DNA of 64,000 nucleotides, from the NCBI RefSeq assembly GCF_036321535.1, contig NC_087436.1, positions 68,946,001 through 69,010,000 on the forward strand, in the 5' to 3' direction. The translations under genes and the position numbers were made by a program. The notes under the pieces were generated by a model, which saw only the letters and a list, made by a program, of their open reading frames with translations, was not told the origin of the DNA and made no database searches. This document shows, one piece after another, positions 27,154 to 41,399 of this stretch (positions are counted from its first letter, which is position 1; each line of letters starts with the position of its first letter). The DNA comes from Camelus dromedarius (lineage: Eukaryota).

Positions 27154-29997
27154 TTACATTATGTTCTAAAGTTATCTTTGTAGACATTAAATTTTTTCCT
27201 GGTCAATAGTGAGGATTCTGATACATTTTAGTGCAGCTTCCCCCTTGCCAAATTTTTAATATGTTCTATAGTAAAAATACATTTTATATGACAGCAAAGT
27301 ACCCACACACATACATATGTTTCACTAAACAGTCAACTTTACTACTAACAGGTAATGGCACTGATTTTGAAAAATATCTCTCCAATTTGATCCTTAGCTA
27401 TCCAAATTAGAACTACCAAGGAACTGTTTTAGAATGAATTCAGTAGCTCCCCTGGGGTCCTGTGAACTAGATATAATATAAAATTGGAGCTAAACTAGAC
27501 TTGTGACATTGATGGGTGAAAATAAAATTTAAGGAGCTGATTTACCTTTTTTGGCCTCTACACTATTAGTCACAGAGAACAGGGATAATGGTACATCAAA
27601 GCCAGTATCCAGGCTGAGGGGTGGGTATCACCTAAAGACTCCTCACTTTTTCTCCTTGAAGATTCTATTCCCAAGTCTGGCCCTGATCTGAGTAACATTT
27701 CTCAATTTCTGCCCAACTCTTACTCCTCATCTAATAATATACCCTAATTATTCTCATTCAGCTCTGGCCAATTTCTTATTTCATTCCAAATTCACAGAAT
27801 ACTGAAGCTTATTAACCTCCACATCTTTCTAAACCATGTGTTTTGCTTCATTCCTTTCTAGTGAGTGTACTACTCCCTTAGTTATCTCTCTCACTATGCA
27901 TTATTCAGGTACTTCTTACTGGAAGAGCTTCTTTATGCCTATAATTTATGAATGCAATCAGTCATGATGCAATATTGACTGGCCAGGATTTCCTCATGAA
28001 ATCTATAATTAGATGCCTCATTAACTGCAAGATTAGAAGTTTATGCTTAATGACATATCTCAAAGATTACAAATTATTCTTTCTTATCTACCCTGGTTTA
28101 GGATAGAGACCAGTTGTAAATGAGGATTTAATCATTATTATACATTTCCAGAAGTGTGTTATAAATAACTAAAATTTTATCAAATATACTGATAAAGATT
28201 TAAAAGAGGATGATTTATTCTTAGTTCTACATGAATTCAGTTATTTTGTAGCAAGTGAGAAGATGACCTTAAACCTATTTCAATAGAAATTACAGGAACT
28301 GATTACAGATTAACATGCATACTACTTTATGAGCTAGTATTAACATAGGTTATTATTTCCTATGAGTCAGGATTTTTCTTATTGTTAAAATGAAGGATTT
28401 AAATATTATTTGACAGTTTTCTATATGTTCATGATATAATATGGCAGGAAATTGTAAAAGGACATTTAACTATTGAAAGGCTAGTAGGTAAGAATACCAT
28501 TTCTATGTAGAAAAATCTAAGCTAAGGCTGTGGAAAATTGCTAAATTAATAAAAGATTTCAAAGTGACTTGATTCAAAACATAAATATACCAAAATTAAT
28601 AAATCCATCTATCAGTATTAGTCACCTGTAAATAATAATAAAATTATTTCTTTTACAAAAGCAAAGATTCTGCAATATAACTAGTAATAGGCTTAAGAAA
28701 TGTGCAAGATCCTTGTAGAGAAAGCTATATACATTTTAAAGAAAAATTACTGCAAAGATATGCACAAAAATATTACAAAAGAGATACATTTATATCAGAC
28801 TAAGATGATTTTAATATGTGAAAACTGGCAACATACAGCTATTGAATAAATGTAACAATTTTTTAAATTGTTAATTCATTTTAGGTTTGTGGATGGGGAA
28901 GGGAAGGAGTAGAGAAGAGAAAAAAATGGGCAGAAAACAATAAAAAAAAGAAAGAAAATGAGAGAAGGAAAATAGGAAATTCTGAAGATTACAATGCTCA
29001 AATGTTCCTTTAGGTATAAACTTCAGAATGTCCTCAGATCACAGCTCTTCAAATACTTTTTATCTATAGCTCTTAGACGCTCCAGTTTAGCAATGTTACC
29101 CAAATAAGCACAGTGAAAAAAAAAATTTTTTTTTAAACAGATAGGGTAGCAGCAACTAGGACAGTACTACCTGGAAAATTAAGCTGAAGTTCCAAATTGA
29201 ATTTTCAACTTTGAACCTTCCACCACCACACTTAATATCTTGAAACAGTAATAATAAAATTGAGTCCTCCTAGTGGACTGAAGGAATGGGTGAAAGTTTC
29301 AAAGGTCACCAGTTTAGGTCTATGAAATTGTTGCAGCATTGTAATTCAATATTTTGTACTCAAGATCAAAGATTTCACATATCAGAAAGTGTAGATCTGG
29401 ATAGAATAAATAGCAATATAGTGAAAAGAGTATTCAACTAGGAAACCAGATTTTAGTTCCAGAATTAGTCACATTATAACCTTGTTTGCTATCTAACCAT
29501 CTCGGGGCCTGTTTCCATCTCTGCCAAAAAAAGTTTGAACTATATCATCTTTGATGTCTCTTTATATTCCAAAACAATTATGCTTCCATGATTTCAATCA
29601 TGTGACCTATGACAAACCTAAGAGGATTTGTAGCAGGGTCACACAGAGTTCGGATCATCAAAATACATGTGTATTTTAGAGATCCTCAGTGTGATTGTGG
29701 AAATGATTGTGTTACATGCCTGGGACCAGGAGATAAGCATTAAAACAAACAAACAAACAAAAAATACTACCTAGAGCACTAGCATTATACTTTTAAAGCT
29801 TCTGACCTGCACAGTCATCAGATGCATAATCACTATGTTAAATGTGTGATGTACTGAGTCACTAAACTAGTAAAATAGCAGATAACATTTTTTACGGGTT
29901 TATATATTTTTAAAATCTAGCTTCAAGGCTAGTAAATTAACACCCTATCATTACATGGTTCTGTTATGGCTGACTTCTCCCTTGCAAGGAATTAAAC

Positions 29998-31303
29998 CAA
30001 AGGTACTCAAGACATTTTGTTCTCATGACCCCTAAATACCCTTTAAAATGACTGAGAATGCTAAACAGATACTGTTTATCTGGGCGGTCTATCAGTATTT
30101 GCTGTATTAAAATTAAAACTAAGAAAATTAAAATATTTATTTATTAATATAAAATAAAAATAACCAGCTATTTAAAATAAAATTTTAATTTTTTAAATTA
30201 TATTTTAAAAATTGTGACTCTCATGTCTATCTGCTTTGAACTTGCTGCATTGCAATGGATTGTTTTGATTGAAGTGTTTTAGGAAAATTCTGTCTCACAC
30301 AGAGATATAGTTGGAAAGAAGGAGGAGTATTTTGATAGCCTTTTCAAATAATTGTGGATATTCTTTGATTCTACACCAAATCTGGAAAAGTGGTAGTTTC
30401 TTAGAGGTTAGTTGTTGCAATGTAGAATCTGAAGCCATATGGATGAAATTGTTGTACTTTGTGATGTTAAAATCCATCTATCTCTGTCACCTGACAAGTG
30501 GATCTTTTCATGTGTATGATTTTGTAATATCATGCGTTGGCTATTTATAAAGTATTGATTCACTTAGTTCACCTAGTCATGCAGATCTCCCAAATGCTGA
30601 CATATTCCATTATACAATATCAATACCAACTTCATTATAAAAAGTATTAAGTATTGTGAAACTCAGTTTTTAGGGGATTATGTAAGTTTTCCAAAATTCT
30701 AATTTTCACTTGAGAGTTTGAATTTTATCACAAACACATTATTATTTTCCTTGAAGTAACAGGCTTACTTTACTAATTTTAATAAATTGTCTGCAAAAGA
30801 ACTAAGTCTAAATAACCATGATTTTGTATGTCACTTGCTCTTTCAAGTAAAAATGGTGCCATGTGTTAGATAGCAGCTATTTCAGCTTTCAACTCAAATG
30901 TCCAAGAACTTTCCTCAAGACCACCATTGTCCTTTAGTATGCAGCATGTGTTTATGTATGCTTTTCATTTTGTTACCTAGCATATTAAGGAGCATCTATA
31001 CCCAATGGTCAAGATATAATAAAATTAATTTTTATTGTTTTATCAAGAACATTCTTAAGTGAAACTGGAAATTTTTTTTTCCAGAGTGCTTAAAAGCAAA
31101 AATTATAATGTGTCCTGGTACAGTTTGGTGCCAGTGCCTTGATTAGCACTAAGGTGTTAATAGTTTTAATCATTATTGCTTTTACTTTATCAGTACGAAT
31201 GTCAACACAGAGAAACCACAGTGATACTTAATTTTGAAGTCAATAGTCCATTAGAATCTCAGGGATACCCAAGAATCCTTGGTATGCACTTTAAGAAACA
31301 CTG
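29998..31303 (-). mobile_element. hAT-Charlie element (Charlie2-like), internally deleted, with both ends
   Basis: Right terminus ...cactttaagaaacactg; 8-bp TSD aattaaac (29990-29997) / aattaacc (31304-31311); minus-strand ORF 30295..30477 LPLFQIWCRIKEYPQLFEKAIKILLLL resembles the hAT C-terminal dimerisation domain. Confidence 0.8.
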
Positions 31304-32619
31304 AATTAACCTTTTCAAACCAAACAGATGTCATTATAAACCTCCAAAGATATTTTTTAATTGACTAGAAGTACACTTCTAAGCAATACATTGAAAATGC
31401 CTCAACATTCAAGTTTCAAGTAGAGAAAATAAAATTTGAACAGGACAGATTTAAGATGTAAACACAGAAGTAAATTTAAGAAAGATCATGCATAGGAAAC
31501 TATAACAGAGCATAAGGAGGAAAACATAGATTTTAAAGTATGCATTAATCCCACTAAATATTGTCTTCCATACCTTGTAGTTTATGATCTTGAAGTGATC
31601 ACTGGCATCTGCTTCTTTGGCTAGCAGCTATTGAAAATGATTTGAGAATGAAACTCTGGAATCTTTCTTCTGAAATCCAAAATACATGACAGACAGTGCA
31701 GAGTTAACCTCCTTTTCCCAGGACCTGGCTTTTAAATCTGACTCAGGCATGGGCCACGGTTTCAAAAGAGTTCTTGACAGTCTGAAGCTAATCACGTGCC
31801 ATCTTTCTTTAGCCAATCATAAGGTGATGCTAAAAACAACAGTTGGTCAATTGAGGTATTTTCTAACACACCTATAATCATCACTATCATTATCCCTGAC
31901 TCTCTTCCAGAGAGCTCTGAGGACAGCATATATCCCATCAGGTCCTACAGCTTCCAACATGTAGAAAGAAAATATTGTGCCTACTCTATACAAGGATAAT
32001 GCAGTTTGACCAAAGCCTTATAGTAAGTCAGAACTAAAAATACTGATGAAAGAGCTTGGACATGGGACCCTTATTTCAAGAAATACCTGTTTTTAATCAT
32101 GTGTATCACTTTATGCTGCTGGAGAAAATGAATGGAAAATATACCCTACAGTAATAATTTTTAGATAGTTTTTAGTAATATTTTTAGTAATAATTTTATG
32201 TCCTTTGCTAGTACATAAAGTGGCTTTGTGATTATTAAGTATCTACTGATAAAACATTACAGCATGGAACTAATATTTATTCAGTTCCTACTTTTGCAGG
32301 ACATGCTTTTAGGCACTCAAGAATTAAAGGATTGAGCAGACATTTATCATTACATAAATTAAATTATTCATAGTATCTTTAGTACTTGATTAAAACATCT
32401 AATTCAAAAGGTTATTGAGTAAATACCTCCAAGTAATTAATTTGTAGCTACATTTGGCTTTACACTGTTGCTAATTAACAAAGGAGATATGTTCAAACTA
32501 CTGTGTACTACGCTAATAGTGCAGCTACTAGTGCAATTCGGTAGTAGTAGATTGTATCTAATACTTGAAACATGAGTCAACCAAGAGTTACATGACTCCT
32601 TAAAAATGCTCATTAGAGG

Positions 32620-33730
32620 ACAACAACTCAGAAACTGTTTGCTGAATCCTCTGCCTCTTCCCAGCTACTAAATTTTGCACGTTCTCAGGGCTCAGCCCTC
32701 AGATATCTTCGCTATCTCACTTACTTTCTGACTCAGCTACTTCATTTCAGATACACTGTATGTTCATAATTCTCAAACTTACACTTCCAATCCTTACCTC
32801 TTCTCTGAACACCAGACTTACATATCTAAATCTCTACTCAGCATACTCACTTGTATTTCACGTAAGCATTTTATGCTTAACATGTTCAAAATTTAACAGT
32901 TAATCTCCCTAACCCTCATAGCTGCTTCTTCTAAGTCTTCCTAATCTCAGTAAGTTGCACCATTCTCCACCCAGTTGGTCATGACAAAAACCTTGAAGTC
33001 ACCCTAGACTCCACTTTACATCCAATCCATTAGAAAATCCTACAGTCTCTACCATGAAAATATATATTCACATCTAACCACTTGTCACCATCTTCACTAA
33101 TACCACCTAATCAATGATCAGATAATCAGTCATCTGAAATACTGCATTATCTCCTAACTTCATCACTGGTTCCATAACTGACCCCATTCTGTATACAACA
33201 ATCAGAGTGGTATTATGGAAATATTAGTCAGATTATGTTGCTGCATAAAAACCTCAAATGCCTTTTCAGCACAGTCAGAATTAAATTCAAAGTCTTATCT
33301 TGGCATACAGATCATATGCAATCTTGCACTTCTCTGATATTTCCAACTGCACCTTCACTCAGTTCCAGCCATGTTGTCCTCAATGTTTGTAATTTCTATT
33401 CTCTCCCCTTTGAAACTCTTGCTGCAAATACTTTCAAGTTTTGCTCTTTCATTTCTTTCACATTTCTGCTCAGAAGGGCCTTCTCTGACCATGTTGTCTA
33501 AAATAGTGACCCCATCACCTTCTATCTTCAACCTCTACTTCTTTTTCTTAGCATTTATAGCTTGTTATCTATGTTTCCCTCTATGTATGTATTATACATA
33601 TGTGTACATACATATATATTAAATTATCAATTTATTAGTAGAATGAAAATGTAGATTATTGCCTTTCTAGTGCTAACAACAGTCCTTAGCATATACTTGT
33701 GAATATTGTTGATGTAATGAGTTAATCAAT
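32620..33730 (+). mobile_element. L2 LINE 3' portion
   Basis: Pyrimidine-rich L2 motifs (ctcttctctgaacaccagact; aaaaccttgaagtcaccctagactcc; catccaatccatta; tcagaagggccttctctgacc) ending in a degenerate L2 tail. Confidence 0.75.
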
Positions 33731-33949
33731 TATTCATTCATAAAGATCTTGTACATAAACACTGCATATAATATCTAATTTTTGAGACAGTTTCACTAGC
33801 TCTATTAGTGACCAATGTTTAAGCAATTCTTTAATAATAAAGCAGTGGAATTTACTGCTGGAACTATACTACATAATATTTGTAAATTTATATTTTTATA
33901 TATATATGTGTGTATATATACATATATATATATATGTATATATAAAACT

Positions 33950-34455
33950 CTAGTATACAATTAAACAAAGGCCAACCAAGTGACAACAAATAATGGCTGT
34001 TTATTCAAAGCTTGCTATATAGCAAGGGAGTTAGCCACTATCATTTGTATTTGGCAGGAACTCAAAGGTAGGCAGAATGGGGGAAAGCTTTATAGTTAAA
34101 AAAAAAAAAAGTCTTCAGGTATACCCTGATTGGAGGCTGTTAGCATGGGAAAGCTGTAGGAGGGCTAGCTAGAAGCAAAGCATAATATTTGGTTGGATAG
34201 GGCATGCATATATTTAGGTTTCTCTGATTAGTCCTAAATTGAAAGCGGAGGGAAATATTAAGAAAGTTATCAGTTAATAATCAAATTATTAATCAAGTCC
34301 TAGTCATTTGGGGCTGATTACTTGTTGTTTGGACTCTCGGACTGGTTGTTATAGATAGTGCGTTGGCTTTCTGGGATAGTTCCTGAAGGCAATGGGTCAG
34401 AGTTACACCTTCATATATGATCTAGCCATTGCCTGTTTGTATATTGAACCTCTGA
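33950..34455 (-). mobile_element. Probable solo LTR (ERV1 class)
   Basis: Antisense poly(A) signal (tttatt at about 34000), antisense TATA-like ctttatag, repeated ctgattgg/CCAAT boxes, about 500 bp long; subfamily not determined. Confidence 0.5.
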
Positions 34456-35599
34456 CTAGGTAACTTTTAATGAGCTAAATATAATTCATTATATATTATA
34501 AAAATATTTTATAATAGTAATTTAAAAAACTAGCCTTATTAAGTAATTTTTGTGTCTTTAAAACATCCCTAAAGAATACCTCCATCTATTGCTACTGATA
34601 AATACCTAGAACAAACAGGCTCATTTAACAATGATAAAGTTCTCTGTCCAAGGATTTCTTATTTACAAATGGCAAGATTATTATCTTTATGCTCTTATGA
34701 AACACCTATAAAAGCACAGAAAAAGATGAAAAACATACTCCACAGGAGTCTTAAAAGAAAATAATGGAATGAGACAACATTGGAATAAATAATAACCAAG
34801 AATTTCTAAGAACTGAAGATATGAATCTGCAGTTTGGAGGACCTAAAGAGTTTAAAATAGGATAAAGAGTTTTTAAAAGTCCTCATCTATCAAATATTTC
34901 AATACCAATAAGTAGGGGGAAAATTAACAAATCAAACATATAAAAATACAGCTTACCCTTTCTAAACAGAGGTTGTAAAAAGAGAATAGAGCAATATCTT
35001 CAAGAATATAAGAAAATTAGGTAGAAACTAGGACTCCATTTTCTATATATATGATTATTTAAGGAGGAGAGAGAAATGAAGACATTATCAAGCATTTACT
35101 ACCTCTGTCCAGTTCACTCCCTCTAATTATTTGAGTCCAACACTTCTTGGATCCCACTAGCGTCCCACTAATCCATTGATTCTGTTCCCTTTTCATGGTT
35201 TCTCACCCATATCAAGTCCACATTTCCTCTGTCACCCAATTTAGATTACATGGTCCTTCTTTATAAGCACTCTCCTGCATACATTCTCTACTCTCTTCTC
35301 TCTTTAAATTCATGATGCTATCGTCACATGGCCCCAGAGTGCTGTTTAATAATCATACTATATGCCTCTATTTAATTCCTATTCACTCTTCTCAGAATTA
35401 TTTCAGACCTGTTCTTTCCAAATACCTCCTCCTCATTCTCACTCAGCTGTTGGTCTTATTACTTATTTTACTGAAGAAATAGAAGTGAATCAGAAGTGAA
35501 TTTTCCACACTTATCTAGTAACTTGCCTTCATCTGAATCCACACATTCTACCCTCTTCCCCCTTTTGTGGATGCGTGATCAGTTGTTCATAATATTCAA

Positions 35600-36010
35600 A
35601 AAAGCAAAAGCTAACATGGAGAAATAGCCTGTGAAAAAAGGTGACCTATAGTCTTCAAAAATATCAAGATCATGAAAGTCAAAGGAAAACTGGAGAACTC
35701 TTCTAGATTGAATGAGTCTAAATAACTAAATGCAGCATGTGATTCTGGGTACCTTGGCTATAATGAATGTGGTTAGGATAATTGAGACTTGAATGGGATA
35801 TTTGGATTGAGAGGTAGTAATGTATTGATGTTAGTTTCCTGATGTTGGTGGTTTTACTGTACCAGAACAATGCCCTGGTTTGTAGGAAGTACACGTTACA
35901 GTACGTACATTGGGGTGATTGGACATGATGACTGCATGTTACAAATGGTACAGAGAAAAGAAAGTTCTTTTAATATTCTTGCAACTTCTAATTTTGAACA
36001 TATTTTTTAA
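35600..36010 (+). mobile_element. Old L1 (L1MC/L1ME) 3'UTR fragment
   Basis: tcttcaaaaatatcaagatcatgaaagtcaaaggaaaactggagaactcttctagattg...aactaaatgca...gatgttagtttcctgat. Confidence 0.65.
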
Positions 36011-38249
36011 AAGAAAAGAGAAAATAAAATCCTGATGAAGGTGACACCAGAGAGAAAACCACAGTCCTCATATAATTTTCCGTAACAGAAAGGAAAGACA
36101 GATAATCATCTGAAGTTCAGGGAAAGGAATCCACTTGGCTGGGTTTGTTGAAATTGTGTCTATTCAAATTAACTTTAAATAGCAGTTGGCACAATTTTGT
36201 GTCTATTAGAACATAATAAATATTCTTGGATAATTCTGGCTATGCTAATACTTACAGATAAATATCTATTTCATAATTTAGTTAATAACTATATTAGATT
36301 TCTAGAACTTATAGCTGCAAGTTTGAAAATCTTATTTCAATTTTCCTTACATCCTGTTAAATCATTTATCTTCTTTATTTCTTCAGTAGTTTAGATTCTA
36401 TAACCTATAAAACAGATACTAAAATAATAATTAGTCTAAATCAGGTATTAATTGTGCTTTTTCTAAGTATATAAAAAACCTTATTTACAAAATAATATTT
36501 GTTTTGTAAAATGGCTATCTCAAGACTTTTGGGTTTATAAAGAAAATTTATGATCAAGTGATATTGTTATAATTATTTTAATGTTTATGAAAAATTAAAA
36601 TAAAAATCAAAAATGGTTCAAAATAGTTACTAATCCTCTTCATTCATATTTTAGATGCTTGCTTTCTTAGATCTGAAATTATTTCTTTCAGTTTGTTTTT
36701 TCTGTGTTCATGATCAAAAGATGTGGACTAATTTCCCATTGAGAAATGATGCTTATACAATATTGAGTTCTATGTGTATCTACTCATTATTGTCCTTGAT
36801 TTTGTTCTATCTAGTAGATGGTGCTAGTATTAACTTAGAGATATGTCATAAATATAATTGAATAGAGATGGCAGGTGCAAGGAGAGACTGTGGCTTGAGA
36901 TTCAGCTCTAGGTATTTTCCTCCATTCTTCATTTATCTATTTTAGAAGACGTACTGAGATCAACAGTTACTCCCTACATATAGATATGCAAAGAAATATG
37001 GTTAATTTTCTTTTCTGTCAAAGATGGCGTCTTTGCCCTGATGCTCCTTTGCCCTGGGTGGTGTGCAATAGCAGTTGAATACCTATGTCTTTTCATTTAA
37101 ATTCTTTCATCATTTCACTCCCTAACTGAAATTGATTAGTTTCCTGAAATCAAAGTTCAACTTCTTATTAGGCTGGTTTAAAGGGTGCTCTTCAGGTAAA
37201 TGTCCATTTTTATTATAATTTTTTCTTGGTTTCTTACTCCTTCCCTGCTCCTCTCCAAGATAGTATGTTAGATATGAGTAAATAGTGTTTGTGACCTAAG
37301 GCAGCTGAGCAGTGAGGACCTGAGTCATGGGGCATTCTCTTGACCCCTGATTTTTTCTGGTTTGGTCCGTGGACAGATCAAATCTGAGGTGTTACTTGTC
37401 TTATGAAGCAAGTGACACCCTGATGGCACCTACCACTGTAGTCTGGTCCTGGCCATTTGCTCTAGGTCTCTGACTCCCTTCTTTCTGTAGCCAGCTTAAG
37501 TGCAGGTCTCTGTCAGTCCCAGGGCCCTCTCGTCACCTCCTCCTTTCATCACTGGAGTCCATGGGATCAGCCTTTCTCCTTGTATCCATAGAATGGGCCA
37601 TGGGAAATAAGCCTCAGGTTTATCTATACAGCTACCTTGCTCTGTCGACTGTGTAACATCCCTCCCAGATCAAGCTCAGCAAGGCCACATACAAGGCTTC
37701 TCCTAGAACCTCATAGCTTCCCCTCGCTGCCACAGTCCTGGCATTCTTGGGCTCACCCATTCCTATTTTTATTGCTTCTCCACTCATCCTATAGTTCTGC
37801 CTCAAGACAGAACGGGAGAACATGTACATCTAACTTCTTTTCCCCATCTCTGTCTCTTTTGGCCCACGATTTACCCAGTCAGAAGAATGGAGTGTTCACT
37901 TCGTCCTTTTCTCCAATACAGATTCAATTTGCTAAATAACCTCCTTCCCTGAGGCAGTAAATCTTAAAGTTTGATTTTTAAAAAGGAAGGAATATCCTGT
38001 CTACAATATGGAAGGAATTTAATGATCTTGTCCAGGCCTGGCTCTAAAAAGGTAATTGGAGCTAAAAGAATTTGGAATCTATTTTCCTTTCTTGATGAGG
38101 CTTTGGTTTCAAAATTCCTGTTTTCTCTCAACTAAAAACAAATCCTACTTTGGATTGTAAAAACTTCATTTTTCTCTTTCAAAATTTCCCCTGTAAAATT
38201 CTAACCCCAGGGCAAATGGATGTCCTTGGCATGATAAGGGGTTGTTCAT

Positions 38250-38252
38250 GCA

Positions 38253-38286
<34 letters not shown>
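38250..38286. repeat. (CA)n microsatellite
   Basis: CA run with one TA interruption. Confidence 0.95.
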
Positions 38287-38291
<5 letters not shown>

Positions 38292-40530
38292 CAAAAGAGA
38301 AAAGCTCTTTAACATAATTTTAAAAATATTATTACATATACTTTACCATCTTTGACTTCCCACAATACTGCACTTTTTATAGTATACTGAATTGAATCTT
38401 CTGGAGAGTAACGCTATCTCCTATTTTTCCTAAAGTATAAAAAGTATGATTTTTCTAGTCACTTGTTTTATTCTCCCTTTTTTGCTGCCCCCACCCTATC
38501 TGGAACCTCAGCTCGATGTTCTTTGACTTCCTTAAACCTATATTTCCATGTTCAAGTGTGATTTACCCTTTGACATATCACTGTACTTACAGGGAATTCC
38601 AATCAAGAAGTTTACTGGAAATAGAGTGTTCTGGTATAAAGATCGTTCATTCTCATACTCTTCAGAATTTTTTCTTAAATCATGAACTCTCATTTGTTTT
38701 TTTACCACTTTAGATTTAGATTTTTTTATTTATGTAATTTATAAAATTAAAAGTCTGCATTCAAAAATCACACACATGGAATATCTTTAAATGATTATAG
38801 TATGAAACAGTTACCACACTATGAATGTGATTAATTAATACCTTAGTTAAGCTACAAGGAAGATCAATATGAGAAAACAAAGTAAGGCTAACATATATAC
38901 CTTTGGGTTTTTCCCTGACTAGGATCTTAAGTAACACTGAAAGATTCTTCAGTGTATCTTTTTAGCAGTTCTTTTGTGATGGAATTATATATAACTTATA
39001 GCCTTATTGGAATATTTAGAGGACACGTCATTATTTCATTAATTTTCTCATAGAACAATTTTATTGCACACATTCAAAATATGAGAAGAGTTGAAATTTA
39101 AACATGCAATGATATCTCCACTTGTATAAGAAAATATATTAACAACTTTCAACCTTAAATCTCCAATTAGGAGATCATAATAACCAAGATAAAAGCTATT
39201 TACTGAGTTTCTATCATGTGTCAAGGGCTTTATTATCCAATCTCTAATCCATACAAGAGCACTTGGAGGTAAGTATTACTATCCTCTTTTAAAAGATTAA
39301 GAAATCAGTGCTCAGAGAGGTTAATAAACAAACTCAAAGTCACAAAGATGGTAAAGCCAAGTGGTAGAGCCAAGATTTTAACTTACAAAGATTTGTTTTC
39401 TCCACTATACTAAGTCAGTTATTAACCTGGGGAGAGATGTTGATAGATGTTGTTGGCCTCCTCTGTACAAAAGTTTTCTACATGAGTCCTCTCCAAAATT
39501 TAAGCAAGGGCTGTGAAGAGGTGGGGTCAGTGACTGCTGACCTCACCCTTGCCTCTATTTTCACAGGTATAAGAACTGTCAAATCCTAGCTAGTGAATAG
39601 GGGGCCTCACAGGCTCTGTCTGGCTGACTTCCTGATGAAAATGTTTGACTCATTCTTGGCCTGGCCAGCTTTTTCTGAAAGGCAATTTTCTAAAGTTCGT
39701 ATAACGCTCTTATCTAAAAAGAGGAAATGTCATAGAAAGGTAAGGTTGCGAAGAAGACAGTGTAGAAACTCAAATGGCAAAGATCTAATGGACAATTTAA
39801 AATGAAATACAATCAAGATAAGTAGTTTGGACAGCAGGGATAAGTTGCAAGTCACAATCTTGAATACCCAAGTAGGCTGAGCCCCCAACTGAAAAGAAAC
39901 CAATAAATAATAAGAAGCAAGCAGCAAAGGAATGGAGGACTCAATTTAAGGCTAATTTAGCTCTGGAGAAAAAATCTCTGTCAGTATAACGACTGATACC
40001 AGAGCATTTGCCCAAGGACTATCTGTGGTTCAACAAAGCATAGGAAAGACCATGACTCATATTGAAAAGACACCTCACAGATCTAAGGGGACAAGAAAAA
40101 CAGGTTATGTTACTCTGATTCACACTATTTTACTTTACTTCCTTAGTGTGGTGTTTAGTTCTGTTTTTTTTTTTTTTTTTTTTTCACTCCTTTTAAACAA
40201 ATGTTACAGACCACAAGAAAGAAGATGGTGGGTCATTATGATGAAGAGATGAGATGACGAGGTGGTGGGGAGGGAGGGAAATGTTCCCGAGTATATGGTT
40301 TTGTATGTGTTTGTGTATATGATAGAACAAGAACCTAGGACTGGAGGCAGAGGAAAAATTACATGTTTGAATCTTGAAGCATTTTGTTTTATTTTTGTTG
40401 AGGGATATTGAACTACCAACCTTGATCAAAAGATTTGAAAAAAAAAATTCATCCCATTGATTATATATAGATCTGCTTAGGAAAAAAGGGGGGGAAATTA
40501 GCATTAATCTATCAATGGGGTCTAAGAAGT

Positions 40531-40803
40531 TAAGCTCCCAGATAAAATGCAGGATGCCTGGTTAAATTTGAATTTCATATAAATAATAAATAATTTTTTT
40601 TACTGTAAGTATACTCTATGCAATATTTGACATCTTCCCACATTTCACAGCTGTACTGCCCAGATTTGAAACCCAGCTGAGCTATTTATTTGCAAGGACA
40701 AGCTATATTTGAAATACATTTATACAAAAAAACTAAATTTTTACTTACTTAAATTCAAATTTAAAAGTTTCCTATCTTTTTATTTACTAAATCTGGTAAC
40801 TAA
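40531..40803. mobile_element. MER53 palindromic hAT MITE with about 80 bp of extra central sequence
   Basis: ccagataaaatgcaggatgcctggttaaatttgaatttca ... aaattcaaatttaa...tttttatttactaaatctggtaac match the two MER53 arms. Confidence 0.8.
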
Positions 40804-40868
40804 CTCTATCCCAAAGTGAATGATTCATCTGTGAATATATATCTCTGGATATGTATTGTTATGAGTGC

Positions 40869-40888
40869 GTGTGTGTGTGTGTGTGTGT
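40869..40888. repeat. (GT)n microsatellite
   Basis: GT run. Confidence 0.9.
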
Positions 40889-41399
40889 GGAGAAAGAGAT
40901 GAAATTGAGATGACTTCAAATGGAGCAGAGGCAATACACTGGGTAACAGTGACTGTATATGGTTGTTGTCAAGCAGCAGTGCCCACACCTGTAGGCTCAA
41001 GTCCCACAGCACAGTGGGCAGCATAGATGACAAGCAGTTAGCCTCATTGTCTGGAGTATGTGTGCATGCCTGAGCAGGTCACCAGAATGGGACCTTGGTC
41101 TGGATTGGTAGTGGCAGTTGTGGCAGCAGCAATACAGGTAGCAGTAGCAATGGCAGTGACCATGGCCCAGGAAAGGTCTCCACATGGATGCCGGGCTGAA
41201 ACCAGCTCATCCAACTGTTCCAGAGCTGTCCCTGCAAAGTCTGCACAAATATTAACTCTCCAGCCTGAGCTTTGTCAGAAAGACTGCAAGCGTTCCATCA
41301 ATAAACTTTGCCAGTAAATTATATGTATACATAGTGTATAACACATATATGTATACAGACATATTTATTATGTAATATACACATGTAGACATATTTCCT

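Noticed and set aside
34494..34516. AT palindrome
   Set aside because: Imperfect (5 A vs 4 T) and expected in sequence this AT-rich.
37260..37940. 100-aa ORF in a GC-elevated block
   Set aside because: No recognisable protein. Probably an ancient LTR-type relic that I could not classify with confidence.
40900..41320. Ala/Val- or Cys/His-rich ORFs resembling a signal or membrane peptide
   Set aside because: Low-complexity gcagtg/gcagca sequence typical of an old LTR relic; no splice support.
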